A DNA stretch of 64,000 nt from the human T2T-CHM13v2.0 reference genome, Homo sapiens: NCBI RefSeq assembly GCF_009914755.1, contig NC_060929.1; one strand, given 5' to 3'. A program made the position numbers and the translations under genes. The notes beneath the pieces are model-generated. The model did not search any database, had not been told where the DNA came from, and saw nothing but the letters and a program-made list of their open reading frames with translations. Position 1 is the stretch's first letter; the number at the start of each line of letters is the position of its first letter. This document shows, in pieces, positions 26,021 to 40,022 of this stretch.

Positions 26021-27814
26021 TTAGCTATTATGCTAATATGCTACTACGATATTAGCTGCTATGATAGTCTAAGGGATGCCTGGGCCACAAGTTAAGGGTT
26101 TCTGTAGGAATGGACAGAGGCATTTTTTAAAAGCTACCCCCTGTCATACTGGTGAAACTCAAATAGGCAGAAAGGTGCTGCCCACCCAGACAGATGGGAG
26201 GAATGTCAGGGTGGCAGTGATCCTGAGCCATCGCTAGGCTGCAAGAAGGGGCCACACTCTGACATTCAGCCTCTCGGCATAATGAACAAAAGCAGGACTC
26301 CTTCAGCAGAAGTATGAAGTGAAGTTGATGGCAGGCAGGCAATGGAGTAAGTTGTTCTCAGAAAAACAACAGCAGTGGGCTTGTCTGAGGGCTGGAGAGA
26401 GAGGATGTGGATTCGCGCAAGGGGGTAAAGGGCTCCCACAAAAGTAAAACTAAAATTTCCAGATGTCAGTGTCACTAAAATTCTGAGCAGAAGGAGGAAG
26501 GTGTGAACCAATGGACGGGGTAGGCAGTATCTGATGGCAGAAGGGTAGAGAGAAGGAAGCAAGACGGAATTGCTCATTAGTAGTTGTCATGGGGGTTTGT
26601 CAGACTCAGGTGATACAGCCAGGAGGTGGGACACACTCCAACATACCCAACTCACAGTCCAGATTCAGATACTGGTGGGATAAGGAGAAGGCACTATATA
26701 TGTCAGTTCCAACTCTCTCTCTCCTCATGGCCACAGAAGTAACTTTCTCACAACTGCAAAGTTTGTGTGTCTCACCAACAAGCAGGGAGGGGAGGAAAAT
26801 TCTTCTCTAGGGAGAGGCCTGCCCTTAGTTAACACAAAACAGATCAGATGATACCCCACTAACCGAAGTAGAACCAGTGGTGACTGAGTCTAGAAAAATC
26901 TGAGCAGGGACAGAATTAATCAATTTCTCTTTTTTCCTTTTTGATAGAGTCTTAGAGCTGGAAGCCATGGCCGAGGCTTCTAATCAAGCCTCCAGCACAT
27001 CCCAGGCATCTTCTTGGCCTGAGTAATTGGTTCTTAGGGCATCTCTTGGGCAGAATCAAGCAAACTCCCAAACAGAGATTTCTTCAAAGGAATTAGAGCT
27101 GAAACCTTCAACAGACTTCATTTCCAAGTCTCTAAATCAACCATAGACGCCAGGTCCTGGCCTCCTGTATTTCCTGCTGGAAGCACATTCTATAGCATAG
27201 TCTGTTTTTCTCTAGTAAAAGAAGCCAGACTTCAGAGACAGGCTAAGTTCAGCACCCAATTCCAGCATTAACAAGCAGTTTTTGCTTTGCACAAGTAATT
27301 TTGTTTCTCTGAGCCTTAGTTTCCTCATCTGTAAAATGACCATGACAAAATGGTTTTTGCTGACAAGAACTAAATAAGGTAATTCATGAAAATGACCCCA
27401 AACAGTGCCAACCTTCAGTCAATCTGCTGTCTCTGTGGATGTCATGTTGATGGACAGCATCTCAACTCTTCCGTGACTAAATCAGTCATTTCCTTATCCT
27501 GAAGTATGGTTAACATAGTTGTTTATTCTGGAAATACTCAGTTTTTGGTTTTAGAAGAAAACCCTCTCCTCACATAAGACTAGAAAAGTTGCCTTTTAGT
27601 TAATTATCTTTGTTTCTCACTTGATAGCACTTGGAACTGAGTGCATTTATTTCGTTTTAATTCCCAAGAGCTGCTCCCACAGATTCACAAACTATTGTTC
27701 CTACAGAAGGAAGAGTAAGTCATTGATAGACAGCCATTCAGTCCAATAAAGTGGATTTTTAGAAATAAAAAATGCAACCACCAAAGAGAATAAGGCGTCA
27801 GGTGACCCACTAGT

Positions 27815-28000
27815 CCAGAGGTTCTCCAATTTTAATGTGCAAAAGAATCATATGGAGAGCTTGTTAAAAATGCGTATGCCCAGGAGCCCTGCGCAGAGAT
27901 TCAGCAAATCTAGCGTGAGACCCAGGAATCTGCACTGTAGCAAGCATCCTGAGGTTTCTGTTATAGATAATCCATGTACCACCCTTTGGAAAGCACTGCA
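27815..28000. mobile_element. MER5-family DNA transposon
   Basis: 'cagaggttctccaattttaatgtgcaaaagaatcat...cccaggaatctgcac...ctttggaaagcactg'. Related copies lie near 42840-42985, 49215-49360 and 54430-54570. Confidence 0.65.
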
Positions 28001-28368
28001 TTCTTCCATCATGTGGTGCTTAATTGTTTTCACCTCCCACCCCCAACCCCCAAATGGCATAGTATTAAGGATATAGAGAAGTACTAGTAATGGCCCCAAT
28101 TAACACTTAGTTAACCTTCATCATCAAAAGAAGTTCTAACTATGACAATTGTTGATTGCAGTTTGTAAAGACTATTCCCCTGAATTCAAGGTTCACAATG
28201 TCTGTAATAGCTTGGCAGACTAGGACGATAAAAAGATGCCAAAAAAAAAAAAAGATTTGAAAAACATTCCAGTAGGCAGATACTCTAGCTGAATAAATGT
28301 TTTGCATTTGAAATGTAAAATAAATGTGAAATTATTTCATGTCAAGAAGAAAATGGGCATTCTGAAAG

Positions 28369-28454
28369 AAGCTGGGCTGACATATATGCTGAAGAAAATT
28401 AGGAAAAGGAAAAAGCTGGCCTGACATACATGCTGAAGAAAACTAGGAAAGGAA
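28369..28454 (+). repeat. Tandem duplication, ~44-bp unit x2
   Basis: aagctgggctgacatatatgctgaagaaaattaggaaaaggaa / aagctggcctgacatacatgctgaagaaaactaggaaaggaa. Confidence 0.9.
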
Positions 28455-28743
28455 TTTTCATTACATCTCAAACCATGCATTTCTGGATAAACCAACGAAA
28501 TCCAGGAGCATCAACTAAGAGACACTGTAGCATCTAAAAAGCTCATCAGAACTTCTCTCTAACACTGTTCTCAGGGACAAGGGTGGGAGCCCCATAAATG
28601 ACACCACCTGAAAATATGGCTCTTTGAAGCCCTGAGCAAAAAGAGGAATGCCAGAGTTTTCTGGTCATTTTTTACTACCTATCTTGCACCCAACAATCTT
28701 CTATCAGAAAAGTTTTCTGCTTCTCATAATTTCTTTGTCTTTG

Positions 28744-28746
<3 letters not shown>

Positions 28747-28786
<40 letters not shown>

Positions 28787-28793
28787 TATGCGC
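28747..28793 (+). repeat. (TG)18 microsatellite extended by cgcgtatgcgc
   Basis: 47 nt of unbroken purine-pyrimidine alternation. Confidence 0.95.
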
Positions 28794-29718
28794 TTCTAAG
28801 CAGCAATCCATAAACCCACATTTGCCATGTCTCACCAAAAAATAAAATGTCCGACTAAAAGGAAGAGGAAAAATTGCTAGCACATCGGGAGCCCAGGAAA
28901 CATGTTACTAGGGAGAACAATGGGAGAGAACCTGTTTCCAGTAGTGAAAGCACTTTCCCCGTGGGAAGCAAAAAGCCATTATGGCGGATTTAGCCTTGAT
29001 ACAGCACTTCTTTTTCATGATATCCCAGTAGCTCACCATTTTCAAACCAGAAACCATCCTTCACCGGAAGGACATAAAGCCTTTCCGAGGCTGGGAAGAA
29101 CATGGCCCTGGGCCTTCTTCTCCCACTCTGATAGGCAAGGATCCCTGATGAGGGAGTGCTCCCACCCTGGAAGGAGGGGCAGCCAGGCAAGGCTGTTGCT
29201 GTGGCCACACGGTGACCATCCTCCTTACTGTGAAGGCCTCACACACAGCATTCCAGGGATGTTTCACAATGATTTGTGGCAGAGGGGAATGCCATCTCTG
29301 ATGGCTTAGTGATGGACATAGGCTAACCAGGAGGAATTTGGTAGTGTTGATTTCACCAAGAGTCACAGCAGAGAAAGGGTAACAAAATGAAGAGGAGGTC
29401 GAGTGAGATGTTAGAGACATAAATGAGGACATTAATGAATATTTATATCTACATCATGTCTCTAAAACAAAAAGACAAAGAAAGATTTGCCTTCCTACAG
29501 GGTCTTTCTTTACAGAATATACCCACACCCGCTGTCTCCATTTTCTACGGCCGACTAATGTCATAATTATAGCAAAATAAATTCATTTTAGTTATATGTA
29601 ATCCCCCACTACCCTATAAGGAGAATAGGTCTGAGTAACTGTAGTATTTTTTGGCTGGGGGCAATAAAAATCTTCCTACTTAGGCTAATAGGCTTTCACA
29701 TCCTTGAAGACAACATTA

Positions 29719-30600
<882 letters not shown>

Positions 30601-30984
30601 TTACCATTTTTACCTATGACATCTTCAGTAAACTATTCATTGTTCTCTGGTACTTCAGAGTGACTAGCAGTGCTGTGTTCTCCTTCCAGGATAGCACAGG
30701 GAGAAAAGAGAGGACGGGAGCTGAAGCAATACACACCAGGAACCTCTTTTTCTCTTTAAGTAGGAGGTAAGATCATCTGCTTAAGGCAAGTAGATGGGCA
30801 TTTGGGAAACTGCTCTGAGGAATGGGAGAAGGAGCTGATCTTTTATGCAGCCAGGTTGAAGGCTTAGCTGATATTGTGAAAAGCAAGTCAAGGGAAATGA
30901 CAAAGAAGGCAAATGCAGAGGAAGTGGTGGTCAGAAAGGGGACTGTTGAAGTTTGAGCATTCAGAATTTGTAAAGCAAGCCTGG

Positions 30985-31433
30985 TGTGGTAGGCTGAATA
31001 TAGTCCCCCAAAGCTGTCAACGTCCTAATCCCTGGAACCTGCCAATATCTTACTTTACTTAGCAGAAGGGAGTTTGCAGATGTGATTACATTAAAAATCT
31101 TGAGATGGGGAAACTGTCCTGCACCATCAGAGTTGACCTATGTAATCAGAAGGGCCCTTATAAGAGGAAGGCAAGAGGATCTGCACAAGTAGGAGATGAA
31201 GTGACAGGGGCAAGAGGCTGGAGTGATGTGATGAAGGAGCCAGGAGCCAAGGTGACCTCTAGAAAATGAAAAAGGCAAGAAAACAGATTCTCCCCTGGAC
31301 TCTCCAAAAGGAAGGTAGCCATGGCAACATTTGATTTTTGACTTCTGACCCCCAGGATTGGAAGAGAATAAATGTGTGTTGTTTTATGTCACTTTGTGGT
31401 GATTTGTGAAAGCAGCCCTAGGAAACTAATACA
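30985..31433 (+). mobile_element. MLT1D-like solo LTR
   Basis: TG...CA termini: 'tgtggtaggctgaat' ... 'ggaaactaataca'. Confidence 0.85.
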
Positions 31434-32939
31434 CCCTAGGGGGTGGTCATGGAAATGGATCACCAAAGTAGACCCATTCAGGGAAGTCCAGGAGGCCAAA
31501 GGTCCATGACATTAGGGCATTGGCCGTGACCCACAGTATAAAGTACATTTCATGTCACAACCGGTTCACATGCAAACAAATGTTGTAGGAAACAATGCTT
31601 CCACCTTTTCCTATGTGGGAGGCATTCTGATATATTCCATTCTGTGCCACTCTATTTCATTTATTTTAAATTCTGGTTCCAGATGCAACACTACTGATAT
31701 GGAATGGAGAGCTTGGGCTTTACAGTTAATGTAGATCTCAGTTCTTACACTGATTCTGTGTGACCTTGGTCAAATGGATTGATGGCTGAGTCTCAGACTT
31801 TTCATAGGGAAACAGGGAATGCATACTTGATACAGCTGTTAAGAACAAAAGAAATACCATGAGGAAGCACCTACAGGGCTGTAGTGCCACACACAGCATT
31901 CATTAAGAAACAATAGTGGCTTCTTCTATAAAACCAGATAATCCTAGCACTGTAAGACTCTGCAAGGGCTCTGTTTTCAGCTGATACTGGAACTGCCTCC
32001 TCAAACACGCTCGTCTACACATACAAATGCATTTCCAGCGAGGAGAGACTACTTCTCAAGTCATCTATGATTGCTAACCTACTTTAATTATTAGAAATCT
32101 CTTCCCTTTATGGCATGATGAAAAATCTGAGTCCTTATAATTTCTGTTCATCATCTTAGTTCTGCCTTCTGGAACTATATCTGAATATGTCTAATATCTT
32201 TTATACATAATATATCCTTAGATTGGATGACATTTATCATGTGCCACTAAGATTTCTCTTCTCATGTTAAATGCTTCCATTCCTTTCAACCATTTGACAT
32301 TTCCCATTGTGCTAATTCTTCAGCAGTCTGGTCATTCTCCCTGAAACATACTGTAGCTTGTCAATATTCCTCTTGAAATAACACCAGAACTGAACATTGA
32401 GAGTCCAGCACTCCAATGCCATCAGCTTTGGAAAAATAACATAGTGGAAAAAGAATAACTTTTTTCCTTCATAAGAATTAAATTCGTCGGGGAAGAGATT
32501 AGTAAGGCAAAACTTCAGTCTAACTTACCTCTTTTGCTAGGCCTTAACCAAAAGATCTACTTTCTCCATGGTAGACGGGGTGGGGTCTGGGAAATGAGCT
32601 TTAAAATTGGGGAAAATATATAGTGACAACATTGAAGACAGAATGGCTAAGTGCTTTCTAAAATTTGATGATTTTTTTTTTTCTTAAACAAGGCCCAAAT
32701 TGACCAGGCATCTTCATTAGAGTTCAACTCCCACCCCCATTTGCACCCCCGATTCTTACCATTCTCTCAGCATCCAAGATGCCTACAAACAGTTTAAAGC
32801 AGCGCTATTCTGCATATGAACATAACACACCAAAACCAACCCACTACAAACAGTCCCAGTCTCTCTGCAAGCTAGGCAGGAAGTCCTGGGTGTTAAATTA
32901 CAGGGGAAAGGTTGATTTAAAGTATATACGTGAATGATC

Positions 32940-33340
32940 TTTTTTCTTTTCCCAATGTTTTATTTTGCAAAATTTTTAAAGTACAGAAAATTTAAAAATA
33001 GACACACATATGCCCACCCTTAGATTCAACAAGTATTTTGCCACCTTTGATTTCTAATATATATGCTCAACCATTTGAAGGTAATTGCAGACATCATGGC
33101 AATTTAGCCCTAAATACTTCATCAGGCAAGTCTTAAGGAGCAGACATTCTCCTGCATAACCACAGTTCTGTTACTTCACCTGAGAGAATTAGTAAATATG
33201 CCACAATTAAAATAACCTTATTTTCATTCCATGTTTGAATTTCTCAAATTGTCCCCAAAACATCTTAGTTTTGCATTGGTTCTGTCTTTGTTTGTAATCC
33301 AAAATCTAATCAAGCTTAACACTTTGCATCTGGATACAAG
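32940..33340 (-). mobile_element. Ancient L1MC/ME 3' end
   Basis: 'ttttattttgcaaaatttt...acagaaaa...gcagacatcatg...ccctaaatacttca...gacattctcctgcataaccaca'. Confidence 0.65.
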
Positions 33341-33899
33341 TTTTTAAAAAATAATTTCATACTTACTTCAAGCACATTAAAAAGCAGAATATTTCTTAAA
33401 AGTAAAATGTACCCTCCATTTTTCAGTAACCTTAACCCTGATCAAGGCAATGTTCTTGGAGATGAACTTGCTGGAAGCAAATGACAGCCTGTCTGACACT
33501 TAAATCATGACCCCCAAATCGCTAATGAAGAGCATTCTTAAGCAGAGCACAAAGGTATAACCAATAATCTCTGACCACAGAAAAAAAAATAAAGATAATG
33601 GCTCTTGCCTCTTTTATGCTTTTTTCTACAATTTCTAAATTTTTTACAACCAAAAAAAAAGTTATTTAAAAATTTGCCACTGGTTATCTCTATGTGACAC
33701 ACTTAATTTCATAAGATTAAAGTACAATACTTTGAATCTCTTTCAGATGATGTGATTAAGTGCTCACTGTCTTGAGTATCCTTGATTTAAATTTAGATAT
33801 AACAGGAAACACCACTTTTTTTTAGCCGTAGGTCGTTACAATCAGGTAAATCTTCGGTTGTTCTGCCTATACTTCTTAAGTCTGTAAGTACTAAGTCTA

Positions 33900-34556
33900 C
33901 ATCTGAAGATATCTACAAACGTCTTCCTGTACAGAAGATTTCCAAATAGTTTAATCTTCTCTCCAGGAGGTGGAACTTAACTGCCCCCTGTGTTTAGTGA
34001 CTTGGTTTCAAAGAGCAGAGTATTAAAAGAGAAGGAAAAAAGTTACTTTACAGTGAGGAAACATGGCAGGCACTACTTCAACCACGTGATCAAGGTTAGC
34101 ATCAAGTCTTACTGATACATGTGCCCTAGATATGACATGACCAGAGTGGCATGTTATCTCTGCTGTGTTCTTCTCCAAAATCCATAACCCCAGTCTAACC
34201 ATGAGAAAAACATTGGACAAATCAAATTTAGGAGCATTCTACAAAAAATCTGACCAATACATCAAGCTAAGGAGACATGACAGTTAATTGTAATGTGGTG
34301 GCCTGGATATTCCTAGAACAGAAAAAAATGACAATAGGGGAAGACTAGTGAACCCTAAATAAAGTGTATAACTGAGTTACTAGTAACGTACCAATGTTGG
34401 TTCCTTAGTTTTGACAAATATAATTTAATATCATAAGATGTTAACAGCAGGGGAACTGGATGTCAGGTACACAAAGGCTCTCTCCACACTATCTTTACAG
34501 CTTTTCTGTAATTTTAAAAACAGTCTAAAATTTTAAAAGTGTACTTTTAAAAAAAG
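33900..34556 (+). mobile_element. L1MC 3' end
   Basis: 'actttacagtgaggaaacatggcag...gtgatcaaggttagcatca...aatccataaccccagtctaaccatgagaaaaacat'. Confidence 0.75.
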
Positions 34557-35604
34557 GTACAAAGAACTCATTCTTTTTTAATTAGTATTAAAATTTACAG
34601 AAAGTTGATCCCAATCAAAGTTGGAAATGGAAATTTAAAATTATCCCGTAGTAAAATTGTGCAATTACTCTATCAATCTGGCAATGTCATCATACCGTGG
34701 TCAAACAGACACTGTGGGAAAGTGAGGACTGCATCTGTCTTTCAGAACAATATTCATTAAAAGCCTCAGAAATACATACTTTTCATCCCAACACTCCATC
34801 TGTAAAATCTCTGAAAGAACTGATCCAAAATAAGGAAGTCAGCTTGTGCACAAAGATACATATCCACCACTGCATTATTGATAATGATGAATACTAGGAA
34901 ACAAACTAATGGCCAATAATAATTGCCTGGCAAACAAATTGCACATCTACACAATGGGATGTCATGCAGCAAATAAAAAATGTGTTACATTTTTAACGAC
35001 ATGGAAAAATATTCATTATATAAACTTAAATGAAAGAAAATTGTATGTTCAACATGATTCCAACTTTGTAAAAATATATAGGAAATACAGGAAAGAAATA
35101 CATATGTTTTAATATAATCACAGTCATTCCTGAATGGTTGGATAACGGTCCTTCTCTCTTCTATACTTTCAGTAAAAATTCTGAACTTGCCACATCAGAT
35201 ATATATTTCTTTTATACTAAAAATAAAGTTATTTTCAAAGCATTTGCTACTGCTTTTCTTTGTATAATTAGATTACAATTAATTTTTATTTTCCTCTTTG
35301 TGCCTTTCTGTATTTATCCAATCTCTATATTAGCTGTGTTATTTTTTGTAGCCATATAGAATGTATTACAATGTTTTATTATACTTTTCTAAATGCAATG
35401 GTTTCAATGGTAACATGTTTTAACTAAAAATAATTTTTTTAAGGATACTAAATAATATATACAAATAGCTTGGATGTTTTAGGGATATTTGTTCATTTGG
35501 GAAGCATGATTTTAATTGAAGTTTTAAGAAATACATTCTGTTCCTAAGAGCCAGTCAAGAGTTTGTGCAATTACATTGCTAATTAGAGGTCCCCAGGTAA
35601 AGCG

Positions 35605-35765
35605 GCTAAAGGCAGGGAAGAGGAGGGAGAGAAGATGATAGGGAGGAAGAAAGAAGGAAACTACACCAGAAAAAGAAGAGATGGGGAAAAAATAACAGAA
35701 GAAGTGGGAAAGGTGAGACAGGAAAAGATGGAACAAGAGCAAGGAAAATAAAGGGAAGAAATGAA
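35605..35765 (+). repeat. GA-rich low-complexity tract
   Basis: Purine-rich run read directly. A similar tract is at 56255-56345. Confidence 0.75.
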
Positions 35766-36699
35766 CAAACATGTCTTTCAAATCTGTAAAGTAGGAAATT
35801 GGAAATTGCATGAAATAAACTCACTAATAGGCAACAGTACAGGGTGAGAGATGATCATAATCAGTAGATAAACCAACAGAGTTAGAACTGGCACATATTT
35901 TTTCTAAAAAATTTTTAAAGCTGTTAAAAAAAATGCCCTGGGGAGGCAACCATTCAGGCCGAAGTTAGTTGATAAAGAACAGCCAACAGGACTGCTGTGC
36001 TGGGCAAGAGGCCATTCAGGAGGTCTCCATGCTATGGAAGAGGGCTGTGCTGTTTACTGATGTTGCTCCTGGCCTCCGGTTCCAACTGTACTGCCTTTAT
36101 TCAGTCATTCACATGTTTACTTTATTCACGGCAAAAGAGGAAGACCAGACGAGGAAATAATTTTTGAAACCCATAACTCTAAAGCCAAGGGGGTGATTTT
36201 TTAATACCTCTGCTAGCTACAGAGAAGTAATAACATCATTAAGCTTTTAGAGGCATAGGGGTTATCAAAATCACTATTTCGAAAGCCCTTTTAAATCATA
36301 AGGAAAATTCTTATTATTTTATAGATGTTTGATTTGCAAGGATATTAGTTTTCAATCATATTTAAATCATGCAACAGAATTGCATTTTGCACGTTTTTAA
36401 ATTTTAGATATATGGAAATATAATATGTAATGATTGTACAGAATATATTCATCCTGTTTTATAGGACTTATAGCTTAATTGTATTATTCCAAATAATTTA
36501 TAAGGTTTTTAATGTCCATGTCTTTTATAGTAGTTGTGGGTTTTAGCTATAATTTATTTGGTTCAAATATCCTTAATGGAAAAATAGAATCCCACTTATT
36601 ACCATGTTCAGGAACATGTAGTGGCATGATAAGAAACTACTCATATTGTTACATATCAAAATGCACATTGTTAAATGAAACAAAATAAGACAAGGTATG

Positions 36700-37200
36700 C
36701 TTGGTAGGCAAAATAACAGCCCCCTCAAAAATGTCCATGCCCTAATTCCCAGAATCTGTGAATATGTTAGATTACATGGTAAAGGGGAATTAAGGTTGCA
36801 GATGAAATTAAAGTTGCTAATCAGCTGACCTTCAGATAAGGATTATCTGAAGGTAAGGATAATCCTTACCTTCAGATAGGGATTATCAAGGTGGGCCTGA
36901 GTTAATCAAAAAGATTATAACTGGAAGACAGAGGCACAACAGAAAGAACCAGAGAGATGGCAGTATGAGAAAGGCTGGCTTGGAAGATGGAGAAATGGGG
37001 CAAGTGACCTCCAGAAGCTGGAAAAGCCGGGAAACTAACTCCCAAGAGTGTCACCTTGGAAACTCCCAAGAGCCTGCAGAAGAAACACAGCCCTGCCAAC
37101 ACTGATTTTGACTCACTGAGACCCATTTCAAGCTACTGATTTCCAGAACTGTAAGATAGTAAGTTTGTGTTGTTTGAAACCCCACAGCTAAAGCAGCATG
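36700..37200 (+). mobile_element. MLT1D/E-like solo LTR containing a palindromic rearrangement
   Basis: 'tggtaggcaaaataacagcccc...gttgctaatcagctgacctt...ccagaactgtaagatagtaagtttgtgttgtttga'. Confidence 0.85.
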
Positions 37201-38635
37201 GTTACATACATCAAGTACAAATGGAGGGACCGTGCCAACCAGAATTGGGTGCCAGCTCTTAATAGAAATGACCTAATCCAGACAAAAGCTAGTGTCCAGC
37301 CCTGGGAGGGATAAAAAGAACTAAACTGGCTTCCTGGAAATTTTAGCTACTTAATCTAGACTAAAGCCTCTGCAAGACTTAAAATGAGTCCATTTTATTC
37401 ACTTACATCAATTACAGGCAGTGATGTTGTGAGTCCATCTCAGCCCCAAGAGTTGCCAAAATCAGCCCAAGAACTACTTGGAAGAAAATGCCAAGTTTGG
37501 CAAGGTTCAAATACAGTTATTTTTTCTACTGGGAAGAAAAATCACAACTAGAAAGGCTTAAGGTATTTTGTTGATTTGGGACACTTGGGTCAAATGTAAG
37601 GCATGACCAAAAGGAATCTGGTCAAGCAATCAAGAGATGCAGAATTGTACCCTGATGTGAGACCTTACGCAAGTCACCAAATTTTTGGGGTCTCAGGTTT
37701 TGCAGCTGAAAAATGGAAATTATAACACCTGTCCTGCCTTCCTCCCATGGGTATTGTGAAGAGCAAATAAAACTATATGCATGATTCCACAGGTAAAGTA
37801 TGTATATACCCTTTTATAATTTTCAGCTTAATAATCATAATAAATTGTTTTGCTGCAAATCACAATGATGCTGTATGAATGATTTTCTTTTGAAAAATAT
37901 CATGTCTGGGGATGGTGGGTGGTGGCTTTTTAATAATATAATGGTCCCGCTAACAAAGTCTCACCATCCATGGACAGCATGAGCTCATGGTTTTAAACAT
38001 GTCTTCATTCCAAAGGTTCCAAAGAGACCTTCCCAGAACAGTCTGATCTCAAGGGCTTTGAAGAGGAAATGGCCTTATGTGCTGGATCCTGGTTGCTTCC
38101 AATTTTGAACTGACTATAGAAAAACTTGAAATCTGTGGGGAGTAAGAGATCCTATTTGGATCAAATTTCAACTTTTCTGGGATCTACTGGGAAACATTGG
38201 GGAAAACTCCATTTTTTCTCACTATTTATTAATTTGTAACTTGCACACTGTTTGGGGGTCCAGGAGGAATCTGTAACTGCCCGTGATTCAGCTCCTCCGA
38301 GGACAGAGCAGGAGCTTTAAGTAAGTCCATCTCTCATCAGCTATACACCTGCAGCTTTATCTGGAGGTTTTGTGGCAATATAGGAATGTTTTTAAAAATG
38401 TTTTTCACATTCATCTGAAATATAAACTCAGAAAAATTCAGGGGTCTAAGAGAGAGCTTGTGTTGCTTTAGGCCCAGGAGAGGATGATTCAAATGTTATT
38501 TCACGGTCTCTGCCCTCAAATTCTGCCCTCATCCCCCACCCCCAGGTACATGTACACTTCTGATGTCACCTTCTAGAAGGTCCTTCCCTGACCACACAAC
38601 CAAAAATGTTCAGAGCTCCCAACCAGCACTCCCTA

Positions 38636-38735
38636 TCCTCCCTGCTTTCTTCTTCTCCTTCTCCTCCTTCTTCTTCTTCTCCTTCCTCTTCTTCTTCCTC
38701 TTCCCCTCCTCCTCCTCTTCCTCCTCCTCCTCCTC
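38636..38735 (+). repeat. (CTT/CCT)n polypyrimidine repeat followed by an Alu monomer fragment (-, ~38750-38855)
   Basis: Nearly pure pyrimidine for about 100 nt, then 'ttgaacttatgacctcaagcagtcctcc...aaagtgttgggatt'. Confidence 0.85.
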
Positions 38736-39690
38736 TATTTTTTCTTTTTAAATCTTTTTGTAGAGATTCTGATCTTGAACTTATGACCTCAAGCAGTCCT
38801 CCTTTCTCAGCCTCCTAAAGTGTTGGGATTTGAGATGTGAGCCACTGTTCCTGGTCCTCATTACTTTTTAAATTTTTCTTTAGAGGACTTCATATTATAG
38901 ACAGGCAGGCATATATTTACAGGTTAGTAAATGTCACTAATATCACTCTCTGTATGAGAATTTCAGTTCCCTGATGGGTAGGGTTTTCATCTATTTTGTT
39001 CAATCCTATATCTATTAAATATATTGCATACAATGCTACCCAACACATGATAGACACTCAACAAATGTCTGTTTAGTGATGACTGTTGAGTAAATGATGT
39101 TGAACATCCATAACTAGATCTTTATTCCTTTAGCTTAAAGTAAAAAAGGAATCTGTCCCCTGAAAAATAATTACAATGGGTTTGGAAGGAGTATCATAGT
39201 AAAGTTTTTAGCCTGTATGAATGAGTGGGTACCAGTTATTGCCTGGGAGCAGACCTCAAAAAGTCAAAGAAAAATGAGGTCACAGCCTTGATGATCAAGT
39301 GAAACATTCATCAACACATTAATGGTATTAATGGTCCCACTCTGAGTGAGGTTTTTCTTCTTTTTTATTTCCTTGAATATTCTAAATTTCCTATAATTAT
39401 TAGTTTCTTTTATTAAAAATAAATATCCATACAGCAAAAATAGAATTTGTTTAACAGATAGAGTTTTAGTTTTGCAAGATGAAGAGTTCTGTGGATGGAT
39501 GGGTATGGTGGTACAACAATGTGAATACACTCATGTCACTGAATTATACACATAGAAATGGTTAAGATGGTACATTTTATATATTGTATATTGTATATAA
39601 TATTAAATATTCACTGTCCTTAAAGTGATAACACTGTGTAGTAAAGTTATACTGCGTACTTGATGTCCTTTGTGGTCCCCTCATCCTTTT

Positions 39691-40022
39691 TCTTTCTTTC
39701 TTTCTTTTTTTTTTTTGACAAGGTCTTGCTCTGTCACCCAGGCTGGAGTGGCACAATCTCAGCTCACTGCAGCCTCAAACAATCCTCTGGGATTAAGCCT
39801 CAAGCTATTACTTCTGAGCTCAAGCAAGCCTCCCACCTCAGCCTACCAAACAGCTGAGACTACAGGTATCTGCCACCATGCCTAGCTAACTTTTTTTATT
39901 TTTTGTAGATATGGGGCCTCACTATGTGACCAGGCTGCTCTTGAACTCTTGGCCTCAGGTGATATCCTCTCTGCAGCCTCCCAAGGTGCTGGGATTACAG
40001 GCATGAGCCACCACACCCTGCC
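39691..40022 (-). mobile_element. AluJ with an internal insertion
   Basis: Poly-T plus 'gacaaggtcttgctctgtcacccaggctggagtg' ... 'gagccaccacaccctgcc'. Confidence 0.9.

Noticed and set aside
28369-28454. Direct repeats as a possible CRISPR-like array (also 41877-41930)
   Set aside because: Only two adjacent copies with no spacers, in a eukaryotic intron.
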